Source: Octopus vulgaris
Lineage: Eukaryota
DNA: 64,000 nucleotides
NCBI GenBank assembly: GCA_951406725.2
Contig: OX597818.1
Location: 117,242,001-117,306,000 of the forward strand
Reading direction: 5' to 3'
The notes below the pieces were generated by a model. It was not told the origin of the DNA. It searched no databases and worked only from the letters and a program-made list of their open reading frames with translations. The position numbers and the translations under genes are program-made. Of the stretch, positions 1-12,818 are shown piece by piece. Numbering within the stretch: position 1 is the first letter of the stretch; the number at the start of each line of letters is the position of its first letter.

Positions 1-629
1 CGCGGAGAAAACAAGAATTTCATCTCTCTGTTCAAAGAGACAGCTCGTCGCATTACTCCGAGGGAACTAGTATGGTAGACGAGGAGACAGATGTGTTCGG
101 AGCCAAAATCGTTGCAGAGCAGCTTGAACAGCCGAGTATTTAGAGCCGACGTTTTGATATTCGCAACCCTGGTAACTCGGTTCAAGAATGATGAAATCTT
201 CGGAGGGAGCACCTGAGCACAAAGGACAAAAGAAGCAAACCGTTGCCAGATTACCTTGTGTAAGGCAGTAAACTTTGTAGACCCCAGTCAGCCTCTACCC
301 AGCTCAGAGATAAAAGACACGTACCAGAAACCAAATAAACAGCTGTCGTTTATTAATGAGCACATGGCGCATTTTATTTGTGCGTGCCTTTAAGGTCACA
401 CAGCATCACGCCATACTAAAGGATATGCGCATTGGTTAGACGGCGTTGATCACTGTACAGAGAGCGAATAAAAGTTAACCAATAGTATGCATGTAGTGAA
501 AAAGTACTGATTACTGGTTGATTAATGTGGAAAGCATTAATCACATGCTGGGCGAATATTGGAAATGGCACAAACTAATAATCGCATATTACCCCGAAAA
601 TGCTCGCGTACCACAGTTGGGAACCACTG
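1..629 (-). mobile_element. Internally deleted hAT (Buster/Charlie-like) DNA transposon end with decayed transposase fragment
   Basis: Minus strand of 1-232 translates to FVLCAQVLPPKISSFLNRVTRVANIKTSALNTRLFKLLCNDFGSEHICLLVYHT, then after a frameshift RSNATSCLFEQRDEILVF; this matches the NSRLF...LLYHTEVRWLSRG...LFELRDE block of Buster-type transposases. TIR-like CAGTGGTTCCCAAC (minus) ends at 629, followed by 8-mer cattagac of the nnnTAnnn target type. Confidence 0.85.
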
Positions 630-825
630 CATTAGACGAATAGCTAGAATGGTGACATATGTTACCATACACTCTATATTTACTTCTGTTATATTTATCT
701 AATATATTTAAAACATTATTGCCTAATCTCTTCAGTTGTGAATTTTGTACACAGACCTGCTTTTAAATTCGTAAATATCTTTAGGTTTATGTCCGTTTAT
801 CGCAGATTCTTTATGTAGCGTGTTG

Positions 826-1033
826 TTACTCTATTACTCTATTATTTGTTTCAGTCATTTGACTGCGGCCATGCTAAAGCACCGCCTTTAGTCGAACAAA
901 CCGACCCCAGGACTTATTCTTTGTAAGCCTAGTACTTATTCTATCGGATTTTTTTGCTGATCCGTTATGTTACTGGGACGCAAACACACCAAAATCGGTT
1001 GTCAATGGAGGGGGAACAAACACAGACTCACAA

Positions 1034-1086
<53 letters not shown>

Positions 1087-1235
1087 ACGGGCATCTTTCA
1101 GTTTCCGTTTACCAAATCTACTCACAAGGCTTTGGACGCCTCGAGACTATAGTAGAAGACGTTTACTCTAGGTGCCAGGCAGTGGGGCTGAACCTAGAAC
1201 CATGTTGTTCTTACCACACAGCCACCCCTGCGCCT
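826..1235 (-). mobile_element. tRNA-derived SINE family A copy with internal (CA)n
   Basis: Minus-strand head aggcgcaggggtggctgtgtggtaag...ggttcagccccactg; tail gcggtgc..tagcatggccgcagtcaaatgactgaaacaa; homologous to several other copies in the window. Confidence 0.9.
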
Positions 1236-1289
1236 ATGGCCACTGTGGTTTATTTAATTTTCGTATCATTAAGTTTGCCTTAATTCGTG

Positions 1290-2780
1290 TAAATATCTCA
1301 GGTAGATCCATAGTCTGAAATTGAGTTTTCCAGTCGACATGGCACAACGGAGACCGTTCATATATTAGAGATGCTCCATTTTTCTACAACAGTTGCCCCT
1401 GCTAAATAAACATTTTGGTAAAATATTTCGTCACTGGACAAAGACAGAGCGACATGCCAGAATATTTATATTCTCTTGGGAATAGGCTTTATTTTTATAA
1501 TTCTCTCTTTTTTATGTACTTTGTTCGGTTTTGTGGATCACTAATTAACTAATATGGTCAAACGAGCTTTTTTCGCCTTTCTTCTAATCGTGTTGAAACA
1601 AAAACGTTTCCCCGTGTACAATTTCTCAAATAATTTTACTCTAAAAGTTTTGTAGATTGTAGGAAAAGGTTTGAGTTCATACTATTTACAGTTTGTTTGT
1701 CCTATAGTTTTGAAAATTAGGCTGTTCTTCGTACATTGAACCAGTTTTTGCTTCCTGTTCAATCTATAGCATCTTAAATATCTCTGCTGGCATATAAAAT
1801 TTCATAGTTAAAAATTTAAAACTAAATTTGAAATTTTACCTCGTACTTCTGTCTTCCAATTGTTGCTGTAAAAGTCCTTTTATTTGTTCATTTATTTTGG
1901 CATTGAATCTAGTAATTGTCCTGTTGATATAATATTTCATTACGTTTCAAAGACTGTTGTTTAGAAGTGTCTCGTCAGTGGTAGGTCTGTCATTTTGTTA
2001 TACATACTCCCCTCCAAAAATCTTCTCTTTGATACAACTTGTATTGATTTCTACTTTTTGACAAGAATTTGATAAATAATTTTGCACTGGAGTCAAACTG
2101 TTGATTTTGTTCAATAATTGTTAGTCGTTTTTCATACTGTCGCTGTCTTTGAAATTTAGCGAAGATCTCTTGTTTCAGGCGTTGTTAGATATCGGTTACA
2201 TACTTTTTCTTTTTTCATTGTGACGTTATATTTCCGTAGTATTTGTCTCTCCTTTCACTTATCAGTTATGTCGTCTCGTTATTGATCTCTTTGAGAATTG
2301 ACAGATATCTCCTCTGATTTTCTTTTATCTTACACTGTATATATGTTTTCAGTTTTATTTGCTTTTATTTTGTTATTCTTTCAATGAGATCTGAGCGATT
2401 ACACATTTCTCTTTATAACAACTGTTGCTGTTGCATATATTATTTCAGTTAGCCTGTTGCTATTGACATTTGTGCCTGTGATAATTATGTCTCTCATGAC
2501 CGGGCTAGCATATTTCTTTTTATTGTTCCATCTTTATTACTGAAGATTACCCTTGGGAAATGCAATCGTTGGTTCACAGTGTTTACATTTCTTATAATAT
2601 TACAACCCGGAGATTGTCAGCATCATCACAACTAACTTTAGGATTCTCCATTCTCTAGCCTCCTTAATATTCAATATCCTCTTTTATTAATATTTTCACG
2701 CTTGTTTTCCATTGATGTTTTACAGTTGTTCTAGGGTTTCGATTTCTTCTATTATTTTATTTCCTCTAATCGCGCTTCAA
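1290..2780 (-). pseudogene. Highly decayed R4/Dong-like (RLE-clade) non-LTR retrotransposon, pre-RT and RT region
   Basis: Minus-strand peptide remnants in the expected order: EIIYATATVV; LKQEIFAKFQRQRQYEKRLTIIEQNQQFDSSAKLF (R4-type RxRRY...QNxxF motif); PNFQNYRT (NYRPI-like); KKGEKSS..LVIHK (QKG..QLLIDK-like); IFWHVALS (IFQGDSLS-like); HL*YMNGL (HLLYMDDL-like). Many stops and frameshifts. Confidence 0.7.
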
Positions 2781-2783
2781 GTT

Positions 2784-3200
2784 CGATTCGTACTTCATAT
2801 TCATATTGAATTAGTACGTCATATTCATATCCGATTCGTACTTCAGATTCATATTCGATTCGTGCTTTACATTCATATCCAATTCGTACTTCATATTCAT
2901 ATCCGATTCGTACTTCACATTCATATCCAATTCGTACTTCATATTCATATCGGATTCGTACTTCACATTTATATTCAATTCGTACTTCATACTCATATTC
3001 GATTCGTACTTCATATGCATATTCGATTCGTACTTCATATTCATATCCGATTCGTACTTCATATTTATATTCAATTCGTACTTCATACTCATATCCGATT
3101 CGTACTTCATATTCATATCTGATTCGTACTTCATATCCATATCCGATTCGTTCTTCATATTCATATCCCATTCTTACTTCATATTCATATACGATTTGTA
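2784..3200. repeat. 24-bp minisatellite, about 17 units (GATTCGTACTTCATATTCATATCC)
   Basis: Directly visible tandem array; explains ORFs 2712-3122, 2752-3231 and 2811-3164. Confidence 0.95.
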
Positions 3201-3305
3201 TTTTATATTCTGTGTTCTTTACGTTGTCCACGTTTTAATTCATTTTGCTTTAATTTCGTTGGCGTCCGCATTCGTCTTTCTTGTTTTGTGATGTATAATC
3301 TTGTA

Positions 3306-3489
3306 TCTCTCTCTTTTACTTGTTTCAGTCATTTGACAGCGGCCATGCAAATCGACCCCGGGACTTATTCTTTGTAAGCCCAGTACTTATTCTATCGGTC
3401 TCTTTTGCCGAACCGCTAATTGACGGGGACGTAAACACACCAGCATCAGTTGTCAAGCAATGCTAGAGGGACAAACACAGACACACAAG

Positions 3490-3575
<86 letters not shown>

Positions 3576-3735
3576 TACGACAGGCTTCTTTTAGTTTCCG
3601 TTAACCAAATCCACTCACAAGGTTTTGGTCGGCCCGAGGCTAGAGCAGAAGACACTTGCCCAAGATGCCACGCAGTGGGACTGAACCCGGTACCATGTGG
3701 TTGGTTAGCAAGCTACTTACCACACAGCCGCGCCC
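3306..3735 (-). mobile_element. SINE family A copy with (CA)n(TA)n core and a small tail deletion
   Basis: Same head, body and tail as 826-1235. Confidence 0.92.
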
Positions 3736-4194
3736 ATGTATAAATGATATTTATCAGTTTCTGAAATTTGTATTCCCATCGACAGGAACTTATGTAAAAT
3801 ATGTGATGCACACATGAATATGATCTACTGCAATTCACTTTCTTCAGCCAGAAGCTATGAATCTCATCTGGTCAGAGGGGTTTCTAGTTAGGCGCTTGTT
3901 CTTCCACATCACCCGTGCTTATGACAATATTCCTTTGTTTCTTTCCTCCTTGTAATTCTGCCTTGGTAATTTCTATCTATTTTGAACCTTTTTCATGCAC
4001 CACATTATGTGTGTGTGTTTGTGTGTACGTGTGTTGGTGTATGTTTCTGAGTCTGTGTGTGTGAATGTATGTTTGTGAGTCTGTGCGTGTGAGTCTCTGT
4101 GTGTGAATGTGTGTGCGTTCGCGCTGCGTGTGTGTACGTATGTGCATGCGTGTTTGCGAGAGTGTATGTGCGCGTGCATGTGTATATGTTAGTA

Positions 4195-4517
4195 CCCTAA
4201 CTTAACGGTTCAGCAAAATAACCGTTAGAATAAGTAACAGACTTAAGAACATAAAGACTGTTGTATATTCGTTTCGTTAAAATTCTTCAAGATGTTGCCC
4301 CAGCATGGTCACATTCTAATGCCTGAAACAAATAGTAGTTGTGTGGTAAGTAGCTTCCTTACCAATCCCATGGTTCCGGGTTCAGTCCCACTGCGTGGCA
4401 ACTTGGGCCAGTGTCTTCTACTATAACCTCGGGCCGACTAAAGCCTTGTGAGTGGATTTGGTAGACGGAAACTAAAAGAAGTCACATATATATATATATA
4501 TGTATATGTGTATGTAT

Positions 4518-4583
<66 letters not shown>

Positions 4584-4793
4584 TTGTGTGTCTGTGTTTG
4601 TCCCGCCAGCATCGCTTGACTGCCGATGCTTGTGTGTTTACGTCCCCGTAACCTAGCGGTTCGGCAAAAGAGACCGATAGAATAAGTACTAGGATTATAA
4701 AGAATATGTCCTGGAGTCGATTTGTTCGACTAAAGGCGGTGCTCCAGTATGGCCGCAGTCAAATGACTGAAACAAGTAAAAGAGTAAAAGAGT
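4195..4793 (+). mobile_element. SINE family A copy (4339-4793) preceded by an older diverged tail fragment (4195-4335)
   Basis: tgtgtggtaagtagctt...ggttccgggttcagtcccactgcg head, (TA)n(TG)n core, ...gaaacaagtaaaagagtaaaagag tail. Confidence 0.9.
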
Positions 4794-7065
4794 ATCATAT
4801 TTATTTGTAATTGGCTTATACAAATATATATAATTATATAAGAAAATTCCAATAGATACGTATGTCAGAACATCTATGCAGTTTCTAGATCTGCGGTCAA
4901 TTATGCAGCATATTTGATTTACATGTATCTGATGCAACTTTCTGAAGCTTAAACCTCTTCCAATTGCATTTACATCTACTTATTCGTGACTGGTTATGAG
5001 TCTGTGCAGCTTTATTCAAAGTACAGCCACTGATGTGTTCTGAAGCGAACTAAGAGCATTTTGCTTTGGCTGGTATCATATTTCGTAGGTAACTATAATT
5101 TTTCACTGCAAAGAACGTAATAAGTTTTAGAAACCTGATACGGCTATAAACTTGTTATGCGATCGACACTATACTATCTTGACCCGTGGTTTGGATTTCG
5201 AAAGCAACGCTAGCCTTGGGTTGATTATGTATTAGCAAGCTTCAGGTTTTTGCGCACAATTACTGGTTATGAATTCAGATATAATTAAATATATCGGATA
5301 TGTAGAACTTACTGGTGAGGTGAATTGAAATTTTTCTTTGTAGAAATCAAGTTTTAATTTACATGTAATTCCGTCGTTCTGAGTCTAAGTATTTTCGAAT
5401 ATGTAGTTTTACGTACGGAGAACACTGACTAATACTTGAAATAGGAACACTAGATATTACACTGATATTTACAATGTAAAAGGCAACTCCTATTACATGG
5501 TGCTTACTTAATTACAAATAACTTTTGCAGAAGCATTTGAATGCCCCTTCTCTAAAGGTGCGGTCATCTTAGGTCTTCTTGACTACTATTAAGCCACTGG
5601 TGTTTAAACGTGAAAATATGGAATCATATTTTCTATACATATATTGCATGCTCTTCTACGATTACATAGGTTCTGCTGCGTCCATTATTTCCTGTTCTAT
5701 TTTAAAGTTAGAGTTTCTATCCTTAAGAGACCAGGTAAACACACGTAAGCTAGTGCTGTGCATTTTCTCTTTATCCTTAGATGAAGTTAAATGATTTGCC
5801 TGTATCGCCTCCAAGTTAATCGAACGTGTATAATTATATTCAAATAGTTAAGAACAATTTGCTGATGCACCACGGCGATGAATACGTAAGATTAAATTAA
5901 TAGACAGACGATTCAGACGTTCTCGTTTCCATTTAATTACGTGATGTGGATAAACCAAAACAATTAGCAGAATGTGGATATCTACCACTCCGGAATGTAT
6001 TTCGAGGTGAGTTGTCTCATCTCTCTTTGACTTTCAGATGTTTTAACACACAGTACTACACAGTGCTACGAGGGAATCGTTCCCAAAGCGCTATAGGGTA
6101 GCAACCCGGCGAACAAGCAAAACATACAATGAGCATGTGTTGACGATAATGTTTAGAACACTAGAACTGCTTTTAATTCGTAATAGGACTTAACATCATG
6201 TATGTATCATCATGACATACCAGAAAATGGGTTTTACACTATTTGTATATAATCATAAACTAGTCTGATCCAGCACGTGATATTGATAAGCCACAGAATA
6301 AAAAAAAAATGGCGAAATCCTGTTATCCATTATTCCTGAATGAGACTGAAGACGAGCGGTCTCGTCTGTCTATGTCCCAGTTTTATGAGAGAGATGTATT
6401 CAAAACGCCATACGGCCGCCAGCAGGTGATTAATTATTTTCTAATCAGCATCAAAGGCAAATATGTAATAACAAAATAGAATTAGATCTTGGCGCGGTAA
6501 ATTTGTACATCCTGTAGGTCTGGCTTTGCACAAATTTAAATGTTTGCTAATGGCGCGATATTAACCACCCACTCATTTCTAGTGTTCACTCATTTCGACG
6601 CTATAGGAACTCGATTTTATATTGATGACACAAATGGGTGGTCATGCTGAAACAGTCCTCACATCATAATTAATGACGTTTTCCTGACACACATTAATAC
6701 CAAACAAAAACCAATAATGTGTTGTTCCTTGATTTCATGCAAAATGATAAATAAATATGAGGTGGGAGTGTATTGACAATCGATATGCCAACACAAACTC
6801 ATATACATGCGTACGTACATACGTATACGTATAAGTGTGTATGAAACAATCATAAGACAAAGAATAAAACAAAAAGAAAACTGTTCTCCTTCTGCAGGTA
6901 GTGTTTGATGTAGAGAGCTTGGAGGGAATGAGATTTACCAAGACACACTGATACATTAAATCATTATATATATTTTATAATTGTCATGGAGTTTTCATGA
7001 ATCTCTCGCTTTCTCACTCATCTCCTTCATTTGGAAAAGAAAATACAATAACTGAATAAAGTCCT

Positions 7066-7068
<3 letters not shown>

Positions 7069-7164
<96 letters not shown>

Positions 7165-7312
7165 TTCCATATACATACATATATATATATATACATATAT
7201 ATACATATATATATATATACACATACTTACATACATACATATATATATACATATATATATATGTATATATATATACATATATATATATGTATATTATATA
7301 TATATATATATA
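7069..7312. repeat. (TA)n/(CA)n compound microsatellite
   Basis: Direct inspection. Confidence 0.95.
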
Positions 7313-8164
7313 AGGCAAATATTTAGATTAGACAAAGGGAGTAAATTAGACAGAATCCATTAATGAAACATACAATCTTATATGTTAGGAGATACCTTCT
7401 CTCATAAAAGCCGTTTATTCCATAGATCAATGAACAAATTGATCAATTCGGAAGTAAATATCAACATATATAAATGTAGGTAGATCAAAGGACATGTACA
7501 CTAATGATTTCTATGTTTCTGTAATAATAGAATACTTAGTTACATATAGTGGTTAATCCAGAATGACATGTGTTCAGCGCAGAATAACGAGCATATATGA
7601 AATGGCTTGAAATCGCATATACGCACATGAGAACGTAAAAAGGCGGGAGATTTGCTTGAGCTGTTCCCAGTACTTGATATAACAGCTAAATCGCCCTCAA
7701 ATATTTCCCTCTCGCAAAGCAAATGGTATAGTGGATTTTATACTTTCGTAGCAATCCTTGAAGAAGAATGGGTGGATGTGTTTATAACAGACAATATCAC
7801 ATAGGTATATTCAATGAGATCTATCCTGCATATTTGACCCACTATTACGTTCGTGTTCCTTCTGTCCTCTATGTTCTGTAATCATAGACTGATATATTCT
7901 CATTTTTTAAAATCAATTCCTGATTTGTTCTGTTATAAAATGTCAAAGACGTCTTCTCTGAGAGAAAGAAATAAGAGAACGTAGGTGAATTACAAACAAA
8001 TGCCTAGTGAACTCAATATGCCATCCACAGTCATTAACCTATATTAATGAAAAATATTTAAAACTCGCATCTTTGTATATATTTGAATGTGATCAGGTCG
8101 ATGGTCGAGTTACCAAATTTGAAACAATAAATAATGATTTCAAATTTTTGTCACAATGGCAGCT

Positions 8165-8349
8165 TGAGGTGGAGGGGATTAACCCAATTACATCGACTCA
8201 GGCGGGTAACTGGTACTTATTTAATCAACCCCGAAAAGATGAAATGCAAAGTCAACCTCGGAGGTATTTGAACTCAGAACGTAACAACGGGCGAAATACG
8301 GCTACGCATTTCGACCGGTGCGCTAACGATTCTCCTAGCTCGCCGCTTT
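8165..8349 (-). mobile_element. SINE family B copy
   Basis: Reverse complement of gcggcgagct..gaatcgttagc...gttctgagttcaaa...cggggttgattaaataagtaccag. Confidence 0.85.
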
Positions 8350-8609
8350 AACTATTTGTCAACAAACAGCCATAGGAATAAATTGAGCCTGTCTTAAGAT
8401 CTCAGACTTCTAATATGTATTGTTTTTGTCCTGATTTACCCTGATGTGACTTTTACTCTAAATGTTTCCAAAATATGAACTTTTATAAATTTGTTATTGG
8501 TTTTGGATTTGAATCGCAACAATTGTAGGGATTATTAATATTATTGTAATAAATTAATAAATTAAAATATGTCAGTTTGAACTCTCTATTTTCCTTATAA
8601 ATTGTTTAT

Positions 8610-8665
<56 letters not shown>

Positions 8666-9221
8666 ACGCCTTTTAAATTCACGATCCTCTAAATTGTTTT
8701 CTTGTAGCATCCCTTGGATGTATTGATCTCATAACGATGAATACATTTATGTTTGTGTCATTCAATTACTTTATCTGCCCCGATATCGATGAATATATAA
8801 ACTAACGTATATATCCCGCTGTCTCATAACATCGTTTCTGTTTCTACAACAGTGTAAATCTCATCTTATGATATTATTAGACGCAGAGAAACATTTAAAA
8901 TTAATTTTCTTGCTCCACTTTCTAACCATCAATATACAGATTACATTTCGTTTAACACTTAAACTTGGATCATGTTCTGTGAACGCCGCTGCATTTTTCG
9001 TGTATGCCGGATATTAGTAATATTGCCGTTGGTGATTGTTAGGAAATATTTTAATCTATAACCGAAAATATGAAATCATTAATGTCGTTACTGTTTACAT
9101 AAGTAAAATCAATGCCTGATTTTCTAGAATGAAAGATGTAATGTTACTATGGTAAAAGTGTTCCAGGACTTTGGAGATGTAGCTATATATATATGAATAA
9201 GACTGGATGTAGTAGTAGAAT

Positions 9222-9270
<49 letters not shown>

Positions 9271-9397
9271 GGTGGTGGTGGTGGAAGTACTATCACTAAT
9301 ATCACCACTACTACAACAAATAATAATAGTAATAATAATAATAATAATAAAAGGATTATTATTATTATTATTATCATTATTATTATTATTTTTATTG

Positions 9398-10295
9398 GCA
9401 AGATGATACCTACCTAGAAAGTAAGGTGGAAGACGCTTAATATCAGTAGAAGACTGCGTGGAGTTTGCTTGAATAGATATAGATTCCTTCCTTGGTAATT
9501 AGAGAAGAAAGTTTATTAAAAGTTACTTAAATAATCAACAGCTCTTGTAGATTGGACGAAAACTGAATTAGCAAGGCTACACAGAAGAACTAGGATGGAA
9601 TTCAATATGAATGGACGACTCCACCCAAGGTTAGGAGTAGCAAGATTATATCTACCTAGAAAGGAAAGAAGAGGGTTAATATCAGTAAAAGACTGCGTGG
9701 AGTTAGCTAGAGTAGATATTGACTCCTATGTAAGTAATATTGAAGAAAGTTTATTAAGAGCTGCTAGAGTCACAGCAAGACATAGGGAAACCAACACACC
9801 AAATGAACTTAAAAAAAACAGAAAAAAAGAACAGAAATTATCTGACTGTCATTAGAAGGCGTTGCATGGTAGATATTTTCTGCAAATAGTAGCAGTGAGA
9901 TATGTTCATAGCTGCAGAAAGGAAACCTGAGAAGGGAGATAGAAAGTTTTTAGTAGCTGCATACAATCAAACATTAAGGACTAATTGGATAAAAGCAAAG
10001 ATAGATAAAAACTAAGGAGATTCCCAATGTAGATTATGCAAATCAAAAGAGGAAAGCGTTATTCATATAGTAAGTGAATGTAGCATGCTGTCACAGAAAG
10101 AATACAAGAAAAGACATGACAATCTATGGAGAGCAATCCACTGAGTGTTATATAGAAAACTAGGATTTGACCATGCTGATAAATTATATGAAGATGAGCG
10201 TAGTAAATTACTAGAAAGTAAGAAATACAAGATGTTGTGGAACTTTAACATTCAAACTGACAGAGTAATAGAAGCTAGAAGGCCTGATTTGGTGA

Positions 10296-10330
<35 letters not shown>

Positions 10331-10685
10331 GATAAAGAGAATAGAAAATGTTAGATAATTGACTTTACAGCCGCAAATGATGACGAAATTAATATATATA
10401 AGAAGTACGGAAAAAGAGCAAAGTAGAGGAACCAGCACTTGAACTACTGAGACTTTGGAAAGTGCGGGTAAAATGTATCTCAATAGCTATAGAGTCATTG
10501 GGAAGCATTCCGAAATATCTGAACGGATGGATAGAGAAAATAGGCATAAAACACAGTTTAGTACAGCTCCAGAAAATAGTTTTATTAAGAACAGCTAGGA
10601 TGCTTAGGAGGGTTCTTGGCATCTAAGGATATTTTCTGTAACCAACTAGTAGGTCTCTTGGTATCTAAAACTGCTTGTGTTTATT
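9398..10685 (+). mobile_element. 5'-truncated, decayed R4/Dong-like RLE non-LTR retrotransposon (RT thumb, CCHC knuckle, PD-(D/E)xK endonuclease)
   Basis: WTKTELARLHRRTR..MNGRLHPRLGVARLYLPRKE; KALHGRY; CRLCKSKEESVIHIVSEC (CCHC); KKRHDN; LWNFNIQTDRVIEARRPDLV..DKENRKC*IID; LQKIVLLRTARMLRRVLGI* ending at 10626. Preceded by (AAT)n/(ATT)n and followed by short ttattattat. Confidence 0.93.
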
Positions 10686-10726
10686 ATTATAGAGAAGTAA
10701 AGATACACATATCCACATACACACGG

Positions 10727-11169
10727 AAGGCGGCGAGCTGGCAGAATCGTTAGCACGCTGGGCGAAATGCGTAGCCGCATTTCGTCTGCCGTTACTTACT
10801 GAGTTCAAATTCCGCCGAGGTCGACTTTGCCTTTCGTGGTCGATAAATTAAGTACTAGTCACGCACTGGGGTCGATGTGATCGTCTTAATCTTTTTATCT
10901 GTCCTTGTTTGTCTCCTCTGTGTTTAGCCCCTTGTCGGCAATAAAGAAATAAGAAACGTTAGCACACGGGCGAAATGTTTAGCGGAGTTCCATCCATTGC
11001 TGCGTTCTGAGTTCAAGTACCGCCGATGTCGACTTTGCCTTTTATCCTTTCGGGGTCGATAAATTAAGTACCAGTTACGCACTGGGGTCGATGTAATCTA
11101 CTTAATCCCTTTGTCTGTCCTTGTTTGTCCCCTCTGTGTTTAGCCCCTTGTGGGCAATAAAGAAATAAG
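10727..11169 (+). mobile_element. SINE family B head-to-tail dimer
   Basis: Two monomers, each ending gccccttgt.ggcaataaagaaataag. Confidence 0.9.
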
Positions 11170-11789
11170 GAAACACGCATATATATGCTAGTGCTTCAAC
11201 GTAAAATGTGCTCTTTTGAGCTGTTACCGCCTAACAACCGTTACTTAGGGACTCGCCAATAACCGTTAGAAAAAAAAAACGAAAAACGCTAATAGTAGTA
11301 GTAGAAAAAGGCGTCGGTCGGTCGATCGTCTAGGTGAACACTTCATGGTGATGGCTTAGCAATGCATAGCATTGCCCAGCATTGTCTTAATGTATTGACT
11401 GATAGAGATTAAGGGAATAAGTGATTAAGAGAATAAAAATGTTTTACTAATAATATTCATAATCCTATATTTATAACTGTCATTAACCACACAGCAAGTT
11501 CCTTTCTTATGGCTCAGACAAATCAAATGCTTCCTCTCTTTCACAGCATGAGCAAGAGCTAATATATTCTTCTATGATCACGATTCAGTGTTTGAATTAT
11601 TAACACTATCGTCTGTTTGTAGTATTTGTAAGTGATCTTCATTTTATTGACTTACTGTACTATCACGTATTAACTCAGTCAGCATTCATGCTTTTCTTAT
11701 ACATTTGTCATAAAGACAGTTTTTCCATGAATCGGAGAAAACCACACGCATAACAAAACCCAATAGAGTGCGTGATAAATATTCATTTA

Positions 11790-12152
11790 TTCTTTTATTT
11801 TTTTCAGTCATTTGACAGTAGCCATGCTGGAGCTCTGCCTTTAGTCAAAACAAATCGACTCCGGGACTGACTCGTTGTAAGCCTAGTTCTTATCCTATAG
11901 GTCACTTTTGCCGAACCGCTAAGGTTACGGGGACGCAAACACACCAACATCGGTTGTCAAGCGATGGTGAGAGAGGGGGGCACAGACACACAATCATATA
12001 CATATATATATACGTCGGGATTCTTTCAGTTTCCATCCACTAAATCCATTCACACGGCCTTCCCGGCCCGAGATTCTAGTAGAAGACACTTGCCCGGTCT
12101 GACACGCAGTGAGACTTAACCCGGAACCATGTGGTTGATAAGCAAGCTACTT
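11790..12152 (-). mobile_element. SINE family A copy, 5' end truncated
   Basis: Homology to other A copies. Confidence 0.88.
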
Positions 12153-12252
12153 TATTTAATTTAATTGGCTATAAAAGCCGTACATATAGGTAGTAGCTGC
12201 GGGCTGGACAAAACACAAGATGAATGAATGACAAAGCAAATAATGAGATTAA

Positions 12253-12598
12253 TGGCAGAATCGTTAGCACGCTGGGCGAAATGCGTAGCCGTATTTCGTT
12301 TGCCGTTACGCTCTGAGTTCAAATTCCGCCGAGGTCGACTTTGCCTTCCGTGGTCGATAAATTAAGTACTAGTCACGCACTGGGGTCGATGTAATCGACT
12401 TAATCCTTTTATCTGTCCTTGTTTGTCTCCTCTGTGTTTAGCCCCTTGTCGGCAATAAAGAAATAAGAAACGTTAGCACACGGGCGAAATGTTTAGCGGA
12501 GTTCCATCCATTGCTGCGTTCTGAGTTCAAGTACCGCCGAGGTCGACTTTGCCTTTCATTCTTTCGGGGTCGATAAATTGAGTACCAGTTACGCACTG
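12253..12598 (+). mobile_element. SINE family B dimer, near-copy of 10739-11085, truncated at 12598
   Basis: Shares private variants with the 10727 dimer. Confidence 0.9.
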
Positions 12599-12818
12599 AC
12601 TCCTGAGTCAGTGGGATTAATGAGGGAAGGCAAGCGACGCCCGCCGATCGCTGCTTCCCGAAAACAGTGTTCTTCGTTTCCTTTCTAATAGATTGAAGTT
12701 ATAAACCTCTTACTTTAATTCAATTGGATCCAAGGTCCTTACAAATGAGGCACTGATCCTCATCCATTTTTCATAATGGGCCATATGCCCCTACAATACG
12801 AGGTACTAAGGCTCTTAA

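Noticed and set aside
2784-3200. CRISPR-like regular repeat
   Set aside because: Contiguous tandem units with no unique spacers, no cas genes, animal context
6007-6037. GTGAGT...CTTTCAG intron-like segment
   Set aside because: Only 31 nt, with no supporting coding frame on either side
11359-11375. gcaatgc-ata-gcattgc hairpin as a Helitron 3' end
   Set aside because: No CTRR terminus at the expected distance and no matching 5' end
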